Shown: positions 27,705 through 37,183 of the stretch, piece by piece
Layout: each line of letters begins with the position of its first letter
Numbering within the stretch: the first letter of the stretch is position 1
Assembly (NCBI GenBank): GCA_030765605.1
Contig: JAVCCG010000098.1
Location: 30,835-94,834, forward strand
Reading direction: 5' to 3'
Origin: Candidatus Alcyoniella australis
GTDB taxonomy: Bacteria > Lernaellota > Lernaellaia > JAVCCG01 > Alcyoniellaceae
Length of the DNA: 64,000 nt
Notes under the pieces: model-generated
The model's database searches: none
Seen by the model: the letters and a program-made list of their open reading frames with translations, nothing else
What the model was told of the DNA's origin: nothing
Translations under genes and position numbers: made by a program

Positions 27705-30700
27705 ATGGAGTTCACCGGAGAACGGCTGGTCCCAGGCAAGACGCCGGACCGCGACCTGGAGCGCGAGCATCTGGCGCGCTACATCTTTGCCGCGGGCCTG
27801 GCCAAGGGCCGCCGCGTGCTCGACCTGGGCTGCGGCGCAGGGTACGGCGCGCAGCTATTGCTCCAATCCGGCGCACAGAGCGTTCTGGGCCTGGACGTCG
27901 CATCCGAGGCCGTGGAGTACGCGCGCCAAAATTACAGCGCCGATAACCTGCGCTTTGAAATCGGCGACGCCGCGAACCCCGAGATCGAACCACAGAGCTT
28001 CGACCTGGTGGTCTGCTTCGAGGTCATCGAACACCTGCTGCAGCAACGCGAGCTGGTCCAGGCAGCGGCGCGCACCCTGGTGCCCGGCGGACTGTTCGTA
28101 GTCTCCACGCCCAACGTCGCGGCCCCCAGCTACGAGGAACACGACAATCCGTTCCACGTCAAAGAGCTCAACCGCAAGCAGTTCGACAAGTTGCTGCACG
28201 GCGCGTTTCAACACGTCGAACTGCTGGGACAGTCGCGCTTCGCAGGCCACGCGGTGCTGCCGATTAAGGGCGATGCACAGCCGCGCATCGAGCGCCTCGA
28301 CCTTAAGCAAAGCGATCTGGAGCCGCTGTACTTCGTGGCGGTCTGCTCCTCGCGCAAGCTGCCCAAAATCAAGCCGCTGCTGGCGCGCGCGCCGTATTTT
28401 GGCAACCTCGACGAACTGCTAAGCCACCTCAAGACGCGCGATGCGCAGATCGAGCAGCGCGACGAGCGGATCGTCGAGCTACAGGACGAGGTCGGCCGCT
28501 CCAACCAATGGGCCCAAGGCCTGGATCAAGACCTCAAGCGCAATGAGCGCGAGCTGTCGCGGGCCAAGCTGCGCATCGCGCACCAGAGCGCCGAGATCGA
28601 GCGCGTGCGCCAAACCCTGGGCTACCGACTGCACCAAAAGCTCGCCCCCTGGGCACGCGGCACGCTGACCGTGCTCAAGTTCGCAACGCGGCTGACCGCA
28701 GTTGCTTTAGGCCTGGTTCTGGCCGTGCCGCTTGGCGCGCTGGCGCTGGTGCTGCTCGTACCGCGGCTGCTGCTGGCAATCGGGCTGACGCCGCTGGCGC
28801 TATACGTCTGGCTGCGCCTACGCCTGGCCGGAAGTGCTCAGCCCAAGCCCACGGGGCCCATCGCGCCCGCGCAGCCCATCGAGCCGCAGCGCGACGGGAT
28901 CAGCGTGATCGTCCCCACCTGGAACGGCCTGGACCTGGTGCGCGAATATCTACCGGGCGTGGCGCAGGACATCGCGGGCTATGCGTTCGAGGTCGAGCTG
29001 ATTTTGGTGGACAACGGCAGCGACGACGGCACGGCCCAGTGGGTTGAGCAGCACTTGCCGCAGGTGCGCGTGCTGCGTTTGGATCGCAACCTGGGGTTCG
29101 GCGGCGGTTGCAACGCCGGGGTCGAGGCCGCGCGCTTCGGCATCGTCTACATGCTGAACAACGACATGCGGGTCGAGCCCGGATTCCTCGAGCCGACCTG
29201 GCAAGCGTTCGAGGATCGCGAGCTGTTCGCCGCCACCAGCCGCATCAGCTTTGAGCAGCGCGACGGCGCAGCGCGACGCAGCGAGGAGTCGGGCCTGACT
29301 GTTGCGCATTGGCATCGCGGCCTGCTGCAACTGCGGCACCTGTTCGACAACCAAAGCGACGTTGCGCCCGCGCTCTACGCCGGCGGCGGTTCCAGCGGCT
29401 ATTGCAAGGCCAAGTTCCAGGCGCTGGGCGGGTTCGACGCGCTCTACGAGCCGTTCTACGTCGAGGATCTCGACCTGTCGTATCGCGCGTGGAAACGCGG
29501 ATTCCGCGTGCTCTACCTGCCCCAAAGCGCGGTGGTGCACAAACATCGCGGCACCATCGGCAAACACTACAGCCGTGCGCGTCTGTTCGACGTGTTCAGC
29601 CTCAACTATTTGCGTTTCACCTGGCGCGACATCACCGGCCGTGGCGAGCTGCTGCGCCACTGCCTGTGGCTGCCGTGGTCCGCGGCCCGCACGCTTTACG
29701 GCCGCAGCTCTCCGGGACAGGGCGTGAGCCTGCGTGCGCTGATCGGCGCGCTTAAAGACTTGCCGCAGATCTGCGCCGGTCGAACCCTCGAGTGCAAGGC
29801 GGCGGTTGTAAGCGACGATACGGTGCTGCAAATCAGCTCGAACCCCCTGGCGTTCCGCGAGCGTTGCGCACGTTTGGCAAAGTCGCCCCATCGCAGCGAT
29901 AAAAGCGGCGCGCCGATCTTGTTCATCTCGCCCTACTGCCCCTTTCCGCCAACCCACGGCGGCGCAGTGCGGATGTACAACGTGATGCGCCAGGTGGCCA
30001 AGCACCATCCCATCGGGCTGGTCTCGATGATCGAGCACGAGCATGAGCGCGACTCGCGCGACAAGCTGCTCGAGATCTGCGACGAGGTGCACTTCATGCT
30101 GCGCGGTCAACCCGACCGCATCAGCTGGAGCGATCCGGCCAGCGTACAAGAGTTCTACAGTGACGAGTTCGCGCGGTTGATCCAGCGTGTGCTGGCCCGC
30201 GGCGACTACCGCATTGTGCAGATGGAGTACACGATCCTGGCGCACTTCATGCCGCAAGATCCGCGGGTCAAGACCGTGTTGACCGAGATCGATCTGTACT
30301 TCGTCAGCTATCTGCGCGCAGCACGCGCGCAACGCGCATTGGGCAAACGGCTGCTGGGCTTTTACGAGTGGCTGCGGATGTTCCGCTACGAGCTGCGCTG
30401 GTGCCGACGCTACGATTTGCTGCTGGCGATGAGCGAACACGACCGCGACGTGCTGGCGCAGTACGTGAAGGAAACGCCGATCGAGGTCGCGCCCAACGGC
30501 GTGGACGTCGAGGACTTCAAGCTTTTGCCGCGCGAGCCCGACGGCCCGGAGCTGCTGTTCGTGGGCAACTTCCGTCACGCGCCGAACCTGGACGCCGCGT
30601 TGTGGATGGCGCGCGAGATCTTCCCCGAAGTGCGCAAGCGCGTACCCGATGCACGGCTGGCGATCTGCGGACCCAATCCGCCGGAGTCGATCGCGCGCTG

Positions 30701-31082
30701 CTCAGCCGACGAGGGGATCGAGGTCGCGGGATTCGTGCCCGACCTGGCGCCGCGCTACCAACGCGCCGCGTGCTTTGTCGCGCCGATCACCCGCGGCTCG
30801 GGCACCAGACTGAAAATTCTCGAGGCGCAAAGTTCGGGCCTACCGGTGGTCAGCACAACCCTCGGGGCCGAGGGGCTGGCAATCGAGCACGGCGAAAATT
30901 TACTTATCGCCGACAACACCGCAGACTTCGCCCAGGCCTGCGTGCGGCTGCTGACCGACGAAGCGCTGGCCCTGCGACTGCGTCGCAACGGCCGCGAGCT
31001 GGTCGAACGGGTCTACGCCTGGGAGCGAGTCGGCGATAAGCTCGAGGCGGCCTACGCGCGGCTGCTGGAGGAGGACCGATGA
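27705..31082 (+). CDS. Multidomain protein: class-I SAM methyltransferase - coiled coil - 2 TM helices - GT2 glycosyltransferase - GT4 glycosyltransferase
   Basis: ATG 27705 (MEFTGERLVPG); VLDLGCGAGYGA; heptad-rich RDAQIEQRDERIVELQDEV...; hydrophobic LGLVLAVPLGALALVLLV/LAIGLTPLALYVWL; ISVIVPTWNG...LVDNGSDDGT (GT2); EAQSSGLPVVSTTLGAEG (GT4 E-x7-E region). Confidence 0.85.
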   Translation: MEFTGERLVPGKTPDRDLEREHLARYIFAAGLAKGRRVLDLGCGAGYGAQLLLQSGAQSVLGLDVASEAVEYARQNYSADNLRFEIGDAANPEIEPQSFDLVVCFEVIEHLLQQRELVQAAARTLVPGGLFVVSTPNVAAPSYEEHDNPFHVKELNRKQFDKLLHGAFQHVELLGQSRFAGHAVLPIKGDAQPRIERLDLKQSDLEPLYFVAVCSSRKLPKIKPLLARAPYFGNLDELLSHLKTRDAQIEQRDERIVELQDEVGRSNQWAQGLDQDLKRNERELSRAKLRIAHQSAEIERVRQTLGYRLHQKLAPWARGTLTVLKFATRLTAVALGLVLAVPLGALALVLLVPRLLLAIGLTPLALYVWLRLRLAGSAQPKPTGPIAPAQPIEPQRDGISVIVPTWNGLDLVREYLPGVAQDIAGYAFEVELILVDNGSDDGTAQWVEQHLPQVRVLRLDRNLGFGGGCNAGVEAARFGIVYMLNNDMRVEPGFLEPTWQAFEDRELFAATSRISFEQRDGAARRSEESGLTVAHWHRGLLQLRHLFDNQSDVAPALYAGGGSSGYCKAKFQALGGFDALYEPFYVEDLDLSYRAWKRGFRVLYLPQSAVVHKHRGTIGKHYSRARLFDVFSLNYLRFTWRDITGRGELLRHCLWLPWSAARTLYGRSSPGQGVSLRALIGALKDLPQICAGRTLECKAAVVSDDTVLQISSNPLAFRERCARLAKSPHRSDKSGAPILFISPYCPFPPTHGGAVRMYNVMRQVAKHHPIGLVSMIEHEHERDSRDKLLEICDEVHFMLRGQPDRISWSDPASVQEFYSDEFARLIQRVLARGDYRIVQMEYTILAHFMPQDPRVKTVLTEIDLYFVSYLRAARAQRALGKRLLGFYEWLRMFRYELRWCRRYDLLLAMSEHDRDVLAQYVKETPIEVAPNGVDVEDFKLLPREPDGPELLFVGNFRHAPNLDAALWMAREIFPEVRKRVPDARLAICGPNPPESIARCSADEGIEVAGFVPDLAPRYQRAACFVAPITRGSGTRLKILEAQSSGLPVVSTTLGAEGLAIEHGENLLIADNTADFAQACVRLLTDEALALRLRRNGRELVERVYAWERVGDKLEAAYARLLEEDR

Positions 31083-31597
31083 GGTTCCTGCTCTCGCGCG
31101 GCGCACAGACCGACGACCCGGGGCGGGTGCTGATCGTGCAGACCTGCAACCCCAACCTGCTCGAGTACGTGATCGTTGACGCGCGCAAACGCTGGCCCGG
31201 GGCCGATCTGAGCGTGCTGCTACAGCGCGGGATGCGCGAGCACGTGCGCCTGCCCCAGGGCGTGCGCGGACTGGACAATCCCGCGGGCGGACATGGGCAG
31301 TTCGCGCGCGAGCTGCGCTCCGAGCGCTTTGATCTGATAGCGTTCAGCGGCGTGCGCGACCCGGGCTATTGGAAACTGCGGCTGCTGCCGTTCTATCTCA
31401 ACCCGCCGCGGATCGCGCTTTACGATCGCCACGCGCGTCCCGCTGACCTCGGACTTGCCGGATTGCTCGCAACGTTGCTGGGATCCGTGGGTCCGACCGG
31501 CGGCCCCAAGCGCCTGCTGCGCCGGCTGCTCGCGCCGCTGATTGCGGGCGGGCTGTTGCTCTACCTGTGGTACGAAAGGGCGAGGAGGGCCCGATGA
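31079..31597 (+). CDS. Hypothetical protein (172 aa) with C-terminal TM helix
   Basis: ATGA overlaps at both ends (31079-31082, 31594-31597); no family recognised. Confidence 0.6.
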   Translation: MRFLLSRGAQTDDPGRVLIVQTCNPNLLEYVIVDARKRWPGADLSVLLQRGMREHVRLPQGVRGLDNPAGGHGQFARELRSERFDLIAFSGVRDPGYWKLRLLPFYLNPPRIALYDRHARPADLGLAGLLATLLGSVGPTGGPKRLLRRLLAPLIAGGLLLYLWYERARRAR

Positions 31598-32895
31598 ACC
31601 TGCTGAAAAAAATTGAGAACCGCCAGGCCCGCGTGGGCGTGATTGGAGCCGGATACGTCGGCCTGCCGCTGGCCGTGGAGTTTGCCAAGGCCGGGTTCGA
31701 CACCACCTGCTTCGACGTGGACCCCGACCGCATCGAGTCGATCAACCGCGGACGCTCGCAGATCCAGGACGTGCCCAGCGCCGATGTGCTGCGGCTCAAA
31801 CGCGACGGCCTGCTGCGCGCCACCGGCGACTTTGAAGAGCTGGCCCAGATCGACGCGATCAGCATCTGCGTGCCGACCCCGCTGCGCAAAACCAAGGACC
31901 CGGACGTGAGCTACGTGGTGGCCGCGGTGGAGGAGATCGCCCTGCGCTTCAGCCCGGGCAAGCTGGTGGTGCTCGAGTCCACGACCTACCCGGGCACCAC
32001 CGACGAGATCCTGCAGCCGGTGCTCGAAAGCTCGGGCCTGGTCTGCGGCAAGGACTTCCATCTGGCGTTCTCGCCCGAGCGCGTGGACCCAGGCAACCAA
32101 CAATACAACACCAGCAACACGCCCAAGATCATCGGCGGCGTGACCCCGCGCTGCACCCAGGTCGCATGCGCGCTGTACGGCGCGGCGGTCGAGAAGGTTA
32201 TCCCGGTCAGCTCGACGCGCGCGGCCGAGATGGTCAAGCTTTTGGAAAACACATTCCGCGCTGTGAACATCGGCCTGGCCAACGAGACCGCGCTGATGTG
32301 CGACCGGCTGGGGATCGACGTCTGGGAAGTAATCGACGCCGCGGCGACCAAGCCCTTCGGCTTCATGCCCTTCTACCCCGGACCGGGCCTGGGCGGCCAC
32401 TGCATTCCCATCGACCCGCACTATCTGAGCTGGAAACTGCGCTCGCTGAACTACACCGCGCGCTTTATCGAGCTGGCGGGCGAGGTCAACTCCTCGATGC
32501 CGCGCTACGTGGTCGAGCGCTTGGCCGACCTGCTCAACGCGCGGCGTAAGCCGCTGAACGGCAGCCGGGTGCTGGTGCTGGGCACGAGCTACAAACGCGA
32601 CGTGTCCGACACCCGCGAATCCCCGGCCCTGGACATTATCAAGCTGTTGGCCCAACGCGGCACGCTGGTCGCGTATCACGATCCTTTCGTCAAAAGCCTC
32701 GATTTGGGCGAGGTCGAGCTGGAGTCGGTGCGGCTAACGCCGCAGGAGCTGTCTTCAGCCGACCTGACGTTGATCGTAGCCGACCACTCGCGCTTTAACT
32801 ACAACTCGATCGTGCGCAACTCGCAGCTGGTGCTGGACACGCGCAACGCCACGCGCAACGTGCGCCGCGGCCGCGACAAGATCGTTTTACTTTAG
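31594..32895 (+). CDS. UDP-sugar 6-dehydrogenase (UDP-N-acetyl-D-mannosamine/glucosamine dehydrogenase type)
   Basis: VGVIGAGYVGLPLA Rossmann motif, GGHCIPIDP catalytic Cys; start ATG 31594. Confidence 0.9.
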   Translation: MNLLKKIENRQARVGVIGAGYVGLPLAVEFAKAGFDTTCFDVDPDRIESINRGRSQIQDVPSADVLRLKRDGLLRATGDFEELAQIDAISICVPTPLRKTKDPDVSYVVAAVEEIALRFSPGKLVVLESTTYPGTTDEILQPVLESSGLVCGKDFHLAFSPERVDPGNQQYNTSNTPKIIGGVTPRCTQVACALYGAAVEKVIPVSSTRAAEMVKLLENTFRAVNIGLANETALMCDRLGIDVWEVIDAAATKPFGFMPFYPGPGLGGHCIPIDPHYLSWKLRSLNYTARFIELAGEVNSSMPRYVVERLADLLNARRKPLNGSRVLVLGTSYKRDVSDTRESPALDIIKLLAQRGTLVAYHDPFVKSLDLGEVELESVRLTPQELSSADLTLIVADHSRFNYNSIVRNSQLVLDTRNATRNVRRGRDKIVLL

Positions 32896-33626
32896 GCTGA
32901 ATACTTGCGCAGCATCTTCAGCGCCAGGGCGAAGTCGGCTGCCTGTGGCGCCTCGAACGCTTGCGGCAGATCGCTTGCGGGCAACTTAATCTCGAGTCGC
33001 GCGCAGTGTAGCGCCTGACGGCTGATCAGCGGCCGCTCGGGCCGTTCGGACTTACTGCGGTAGCCGCGCTTGATCGAGCTGAGCAGCAGTTCGCGTTCGC
33101 CGCTGTTGGCCGCGTCGCCCAGCAAAGTGAAACCCGCTGCCGCCAAATGCTCCCGCACCTGGGTCTGATTTGCTCCGTTGGTCCGGCAGGCGACCATTGC
33201 GTGGCGCGCAAAGCGTTCCAAACAGATCATCTGGGTCCGGACATCCACGCTCCCGCGCGCTTTCATGGCGCGCAACGGCAGGTCGATGGTCGCGGCCGCG
33301 GGCGGCGCGCCGCTGACGATGGCTAGGTAGAGCTCGCCGACCTGTTGCTCCTGGAACTGCCGCTCGAGAAAACTGCGTGCCTGCTCATGGCGCGCGACGA
33401 TCGTCACTCCCGACGTCCAGCGCTCGAGCCGGTGCACCGGCAGCACCTCATAACCCAGCTCGATCTCGATCAGGTCCAGCAGCGTGCCCTCGAGCTTATC
33501 GCGTCCCGGATCGCTGAGCAGTCCGGCGTCCTTGTCGGCGACCACCAGATCGTCATCGCAGTACAGCAAGCGTATTCCCGGTAACGGCGCAGGCCGCTCG
33601 CGCTTAGGCCCCTGTTCGCGAATCAT
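32892..33626 (-). CDS. RluA-family pseudouridine-synthase-like protein with HRLE in place of catalytic HRLD
   Basis: 244 aa; LPVHRLERWTSGVTIVA aligns to HRLDxxTSG motif but Asp is Glu; no S4 domain. Confidence 0.75.
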   Translation of the reverse strand: MIREQGPKRERPAPLPGIRLLYCDDDLVVADKDAGLLSDPGRDKLEGTLLDLIEIELGYEVLPVHRLERWTSGVTIVARHEQARSFLERQFQEQQVGELYLAIVSGAPPAAATIDLPLRAMKARGSVDVRTQMICLERFARHAMVACRTNGANQTQVREHLAAAGFTLLGDAANSGERELLLSSIKRGYRSKSERPERPLISRQALHCARLEIKLPASDLPQAFEAPQAADFALALKMLRKYSA

Positions 33627-34552
33627 GGTTGAGCCGCTCCGACCATCGCATGCTTGAGCGCCTCGAAATCCTCGGGGGTCGGGCAGCGAATCTCGAGCGG
33701 TACGCCCGAGCGCGGATGGTCGAACTCAAGTCCCGCGGCGTGAAGCATCGTGCGCGGTGCGCCGCGGCTCTCGCCGTAGAGCGGGTCGCCGACGATCGGC
33801 CAACCGGCGTTGGCAAGATGCGCGCGCACCTGGTGCCGCACTCCGGTGCGCATCACGGCCAAGACAAGGGCCGCACTGACGAAGCTCTCGATCACGTAGA
33901 CGTCGGTACGCGCCTCGAGCGCAACGCGCGGCGCCTCCTGCGGGTCGCGCAGTACCCGCACCCGCTGGTTGCCGCGTCCCACGGCCGAGCTGATCGGCCA
34001 GGTCAGCCGCGTGTTCTCGGGCTCACCGCGCACCAGCGCCAGGTACGACTTGGCAATCCGCTTGTACGAAAACAGCGTGCGGAAGGCCTCGAAGGTCTGC
34101 TGATCGCGCGCCGCGAGCACCAGGCCCGAGGTATGAAAATCGATACGGTTGACCAATCCCGGCTGCTCGGGGCCGAAGCCCACGCCGGACATCTCGGGGT
34201 AGCGCGCCAAAATCGTGCCGGCCAGAGTCCCGCGCTCGCCGGGTTTGAGCGGATGCACGTGCTGGAACGGCGGCTTGTCCACCGCCACGAAGAACTCGTC
34301 CTCGAACGCCACGCGCAACGGCATGTCGGGTTCGGGGTCGACCGCCATGTCCAGGACCGGTGGATCGAGCTCCACCACGTCGCCCGGATCAAGCAACGCG
34401 CCCTTGACCTTGCACGGACGGCCGTTGAGCAACACCTCGCCGCCCTCGATCAATTCACGGGCGTGATTACGGCTCAGATCGTTGATCGCCGCGGCCAGGT
34501 AGGCGTCGAGCCGCACTCCTTCGCAGGAACCATCAACAGTCAGTTTGATCAA
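33623..34552 (-). CDS. RluA/RluD-family pseudouridine synthase with N-terminal S4-like domain
   Basis: 309 aa; VRLDAYLA...SRNHARELIEGGEVLLNG (S4), NRIDFHTSGLVLAA (catalytic Asp retained). Confidence 0.85.
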   Translation of the reverse strand: MIKLTVDGSCEGVRLDAYLAAAINDLSRNHARELIEGGEVLLNGRPCKVKGALLDPGDVVELDPPVLDMAVDPEPDMPLRVAFEDEFFVAVDKPPFQHVHPLKPGERGTLAGTILARYPEMSGVGFGPEQPGLVNRIDFHTSGLVLAARDQQTFEAFRTLFSYKRIAKSYLALVRGEPENTRLTWPISSAVGRGNQRVRVLRDPQEAPRVALEARTDVYVIESFVSAALVLAVMRTGVRHQVRAHLANAGWPIVGDPLYGESRGAPRTMLHAAGLEFDHPRSGVPLEIRCPTPEDFEALKHAMVGAAQP

Positions 34553-35334
34553 CTGCGCGTCTCCTTTCGCGCGTTGACGCGCAACGCAGTGCTCAGCAAT
34601 TTCAGCGGCCAGAGGCTCGTCAGCAAACGGTCGAGCCCCAGGTAGGCCCGCACGATCACTCCCGGCTCGCGCCCCAGCCCCAGGCGCGTGGGCAGGTTGC
34701 GCGGCAGCCAGTGATAAGACTCCACCAACTCCACCTTAAAACCATGTTCTCGCAACAGCCGCCCCACCCCGCGCCGCGAGTATAGCCGCTCGTGGGCAAT
34801 GCGGCCCAGCAGCCGCCCCAGCGCCTCGGTCCACGACAGACGGTTGGGCAGATGGTAGATCGCCAGCAGGCCGCCGGGACGCAGAATGCGTTGGATCTCG
34901 TCAAGGGAGGCCATGTCGTCGGGCACGTGCTCGAGCACGCCGCAGCTGAGCACCGCGTCGAACGAGCCATCGGCGAACGGCAGCGCGGAATCGTCGGCTC
35001 CGCCGATTAGGGGACGCGTGCTTTGATCACCGAACAGCCAGGGCCAGGCTTGATAGTAAGTCGGCCGCACGTCGAAGCTCGTGACCTTGAGCCCGGCCGC
35101 GTCGAGCAAAAAGCTGTTGTGTCCCCAGCCCGATCCCCAGTCGAGCACGCTCGCGCCCGGCGGCAGCTGCGCGGCCAGCTCGCGCGCGATTTGCACGTAC
35201 TGCGCCGCGCCCAGAGCCGAGCCGATGTGAATGCTGCGCCGGTGGCGCGTCAGCTCGTCGACCTCCAACCGCCGGCCGTACTCGATAATACGACTCAGGG
35301 CCGTATCGAGCCGCGGGGTGAGATCGTCGCTCAT
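34549..35334 (-). CDS. Class-I SAM-dependent methyltransferase
   Basis: VLDWGSGWGHNS motif I, FDAVLSCGVLEHV, LRPGGLL. Confidence 0.85.
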   Translation of the reverse strand: MSDDLTPRLDTALSRIIEYGRRLEVDELTRHRRSIHIGSALGAAQYVQIARELAAQLPPGASVLDWGSGWGHNSFLLDAAGLKVTSFDVRPTYYQAWPWLFGDQSTRPLIGGADDSALPFADGSFDAVLSCGVLEHVPDDMASLDEIQRILRPGGLLAIYHLPNRLSWTEALGRLLGRIAHERLYSRRGVGRLLREHGFKVELVESYHWLPRNLPTRLGLGREPGVIVRAYLGLDRLLTSLWPLKLLSTALRVNARKETRS

Positions 35335-37055
35335 TGGACGATCGCCATCAGCAACACGGCCAGGAGGAAGTGGGCCTCAATCAACGCCTGGGTCCAGATT
35401 CCGTTGACCTTGCGCGGTAAGCGCATCAGCAGCGCCTCGATTCCGACCAACGCGCCGATCAGCCCCGCGGCCCAGGGCAGCCAACCCAGCAGCGCGCAAC
35501 AGATCAGCCACAGGCCCAGGCCCAGGGCGGCCAGTCGCGCGGCGCGCACGCTGGCGTCGATGCCGAAGATCGTCGGCACGCTCTCGCGGCCTGCGAGCCG
35601 ATCCGAGGCGAAGTCGGCCAAATCGAACAGCAGCGAGCGCAGCCAGGTCGCGGCAAGCAGCGCCAGAGTCGCGGCCAGGCAGGGTGCGGCCGCGGGGCGC
35701 GCGTACCAGGCAATGGGCCCGGCGGTGATGATCGTCCAGCCCAAAGCGACCGAGACGTTCTTGCTCGCGGCCAGGTCCTTGAGCCGCGCGGCGCCCAGTC
35801 GCGTTGCCGCCACTTTTGGAAGCAGCGGCACCGAGTAGACGAACCCGAGCAACGCCGAGACGAGCACGATCAGCGCCGGGACCGCGCCCAGCGCCGTTGC
35901 CGCAAATGCCGAGCCGACTCCCGCGGCCAGACACAGCGGCCACAACGCCAGCCGGTAGCGCCTCATGAAGCGTTGGCGTTGGGGCTCGTCGCGGTAGCGG
36001 TCCGCGGCAAAGTCGGTCAGGCGGTTGAGCAGATGGATGAACATCACGAACAGCGCCGGGACCAACAACGCCGGCAGATACAGCGCACGGTCGACGGCGA
36101 GCAGGAAGAACGCGGCCAGCGCGGCCGCGGCCAGGGCGGATGATAATCCGGCGAGCACCAGGCCGCGCAGCCCGGCGAAAAGATACAGGCTCAGCCGCCG
36201 CAGGCCCGTGGCCTCGGCGTAGGCCGCGCGTTCGCCCAGGCGCTGGACCACCTGTTCGATAACCCACGAGGGCGTGCTTGCGCCCGCGGTAATTCCCAGC
36301 CGTTGCACGCCCTCCAGGTCCAGCTCGTCGACCTGCTGCGGCTGTTCGATTTGCACGGTGCGCACGATCCCCCGGCCGATCTGCGTCAGCCGCGAGGTGT
36401 TGCCGCTGTTGCTGCCGCCGACCACCAACAGCAGGTCGACCTTGGCGGCCAACTCGCGTACTTCCTTCTGCCGCGCGCGCGTGGCGTCGCAGATCGTGTT
36501 GCGCACCTCGGGCTCGCCGGTTGCCAGCTCGCGGGCGCGATCCACCACCTCGCGGAACAACTCGGGGTCCTGGGTAGTCTGAGCCACCAGGCAGACCGGC
36601 TCGGGCAGCGGGTCGGGCAGCTCCTGCGGCCCGCCGATCACCAGGCCGCGCCCGCCGGCATAGCCCAGCAGCGCCCGCACCTCAGGGTGGTCGCGGTCCC
36701 CGAGGATGATCACGTGCTTTCCCTCGGCCGCCTGCTTGGCGATCACCTTGTGCACTGCCTTGACCTTGGGACAGGTGGCGTCGAGGATCCGCAACCCGCG
36801 CTCTCGCAGTTCCTGCTCTTGCCGCGGTCCGATGCCGTGACTGCGGATCACCGCGGTGCCACCCTGGATCTGCGCCGCGTCCGCCGCGCACAAAACGTTG
36901 CGCAGTTCGAGCAGCTCGACCACCTGCGGGTTATGCACCAGCGGACCGACAGTGGCCATCTGCCCGGCGCCGGGCCGGACCGCCTCGAGCACCATGTCCA
37001 CGGCGCGGCGCACTCCCATGCAGAAGCCCGCGGTCCGGGCGAGGATAATCTCCAT
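35331..37055 (-). CDS. ispH: Fusion: IspH (HMBPP reductase) + C-terminal UbiA-superfamily prenyltransferase membrane domain
   Basis: N-terminal ~285 aa with three IspH cluster Cys (GFCMGV, DATCPKV, NTICDAT); C-terminal ~285 aa with ~8 TM helices and Asp-rich motifs NRLTDFAADRY (NxxxDxxxD) and FDLADFASDRLAG (DxxDxxxD). Confidence 0.85.
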   Translation of the reverse strand: MEIILARTAGFCMGVRRAVDMVLEAVRPGAGQMATVGPLVHNPQVVELLELRNVLCAADAAQIQGGTAVIRSHGIGPRQEQELRERGLRILDATCPKVKAVHKVIAKQAAEGKHVIILGDRDHPEVRALLGYAGGRGLVIGGPQELPDPLPEPVCLVAQTTQDPELFREVVDRARELATGEPEVRNTICDATRARQKEVRELAAKVDLLLVVGGSNSGNTSRLTQIGRGIVRTVQIEQPQQVDELDLEGVQRLGITAGASTPSWVIEQVVQRLGERAAYAEATGLRRLSLYLFAGLRGLVLAGLSSALAAAALAAFFLLAVDRALYLPALLVPALFVMFIHLLNRLTDFAADRYRDEPQRQRFMRRYRLALWPLCLAAGVGSAFAATALGAVPALIVLVSALLGFVYSVPLLPKVAATRLGAARLKDLAASKNVSVALGWTIITAGPIAWYARPAAAPCLAATLALLAATWLRSLLFDLADFASDRLAGRESVPTIFGIDASVRAARLAALGLGLWLICCALLGWLPWAAGLIGALVGIEALLMRLPRKVNGIWTQALIEAHFLLAVLLMAIVQ

Positions 37056-37183
37056 GATCTTTCCCTGCTGCTGATCAAGACTCGACTTCGAACACGTAAG
37101 TTTACATGATCAGAGTCCGCGAGACAGCCTGCGAGAGCCGCGCCCCTTTACAAGCATCGCGCCGATCTGACAGATTCTGCGGC

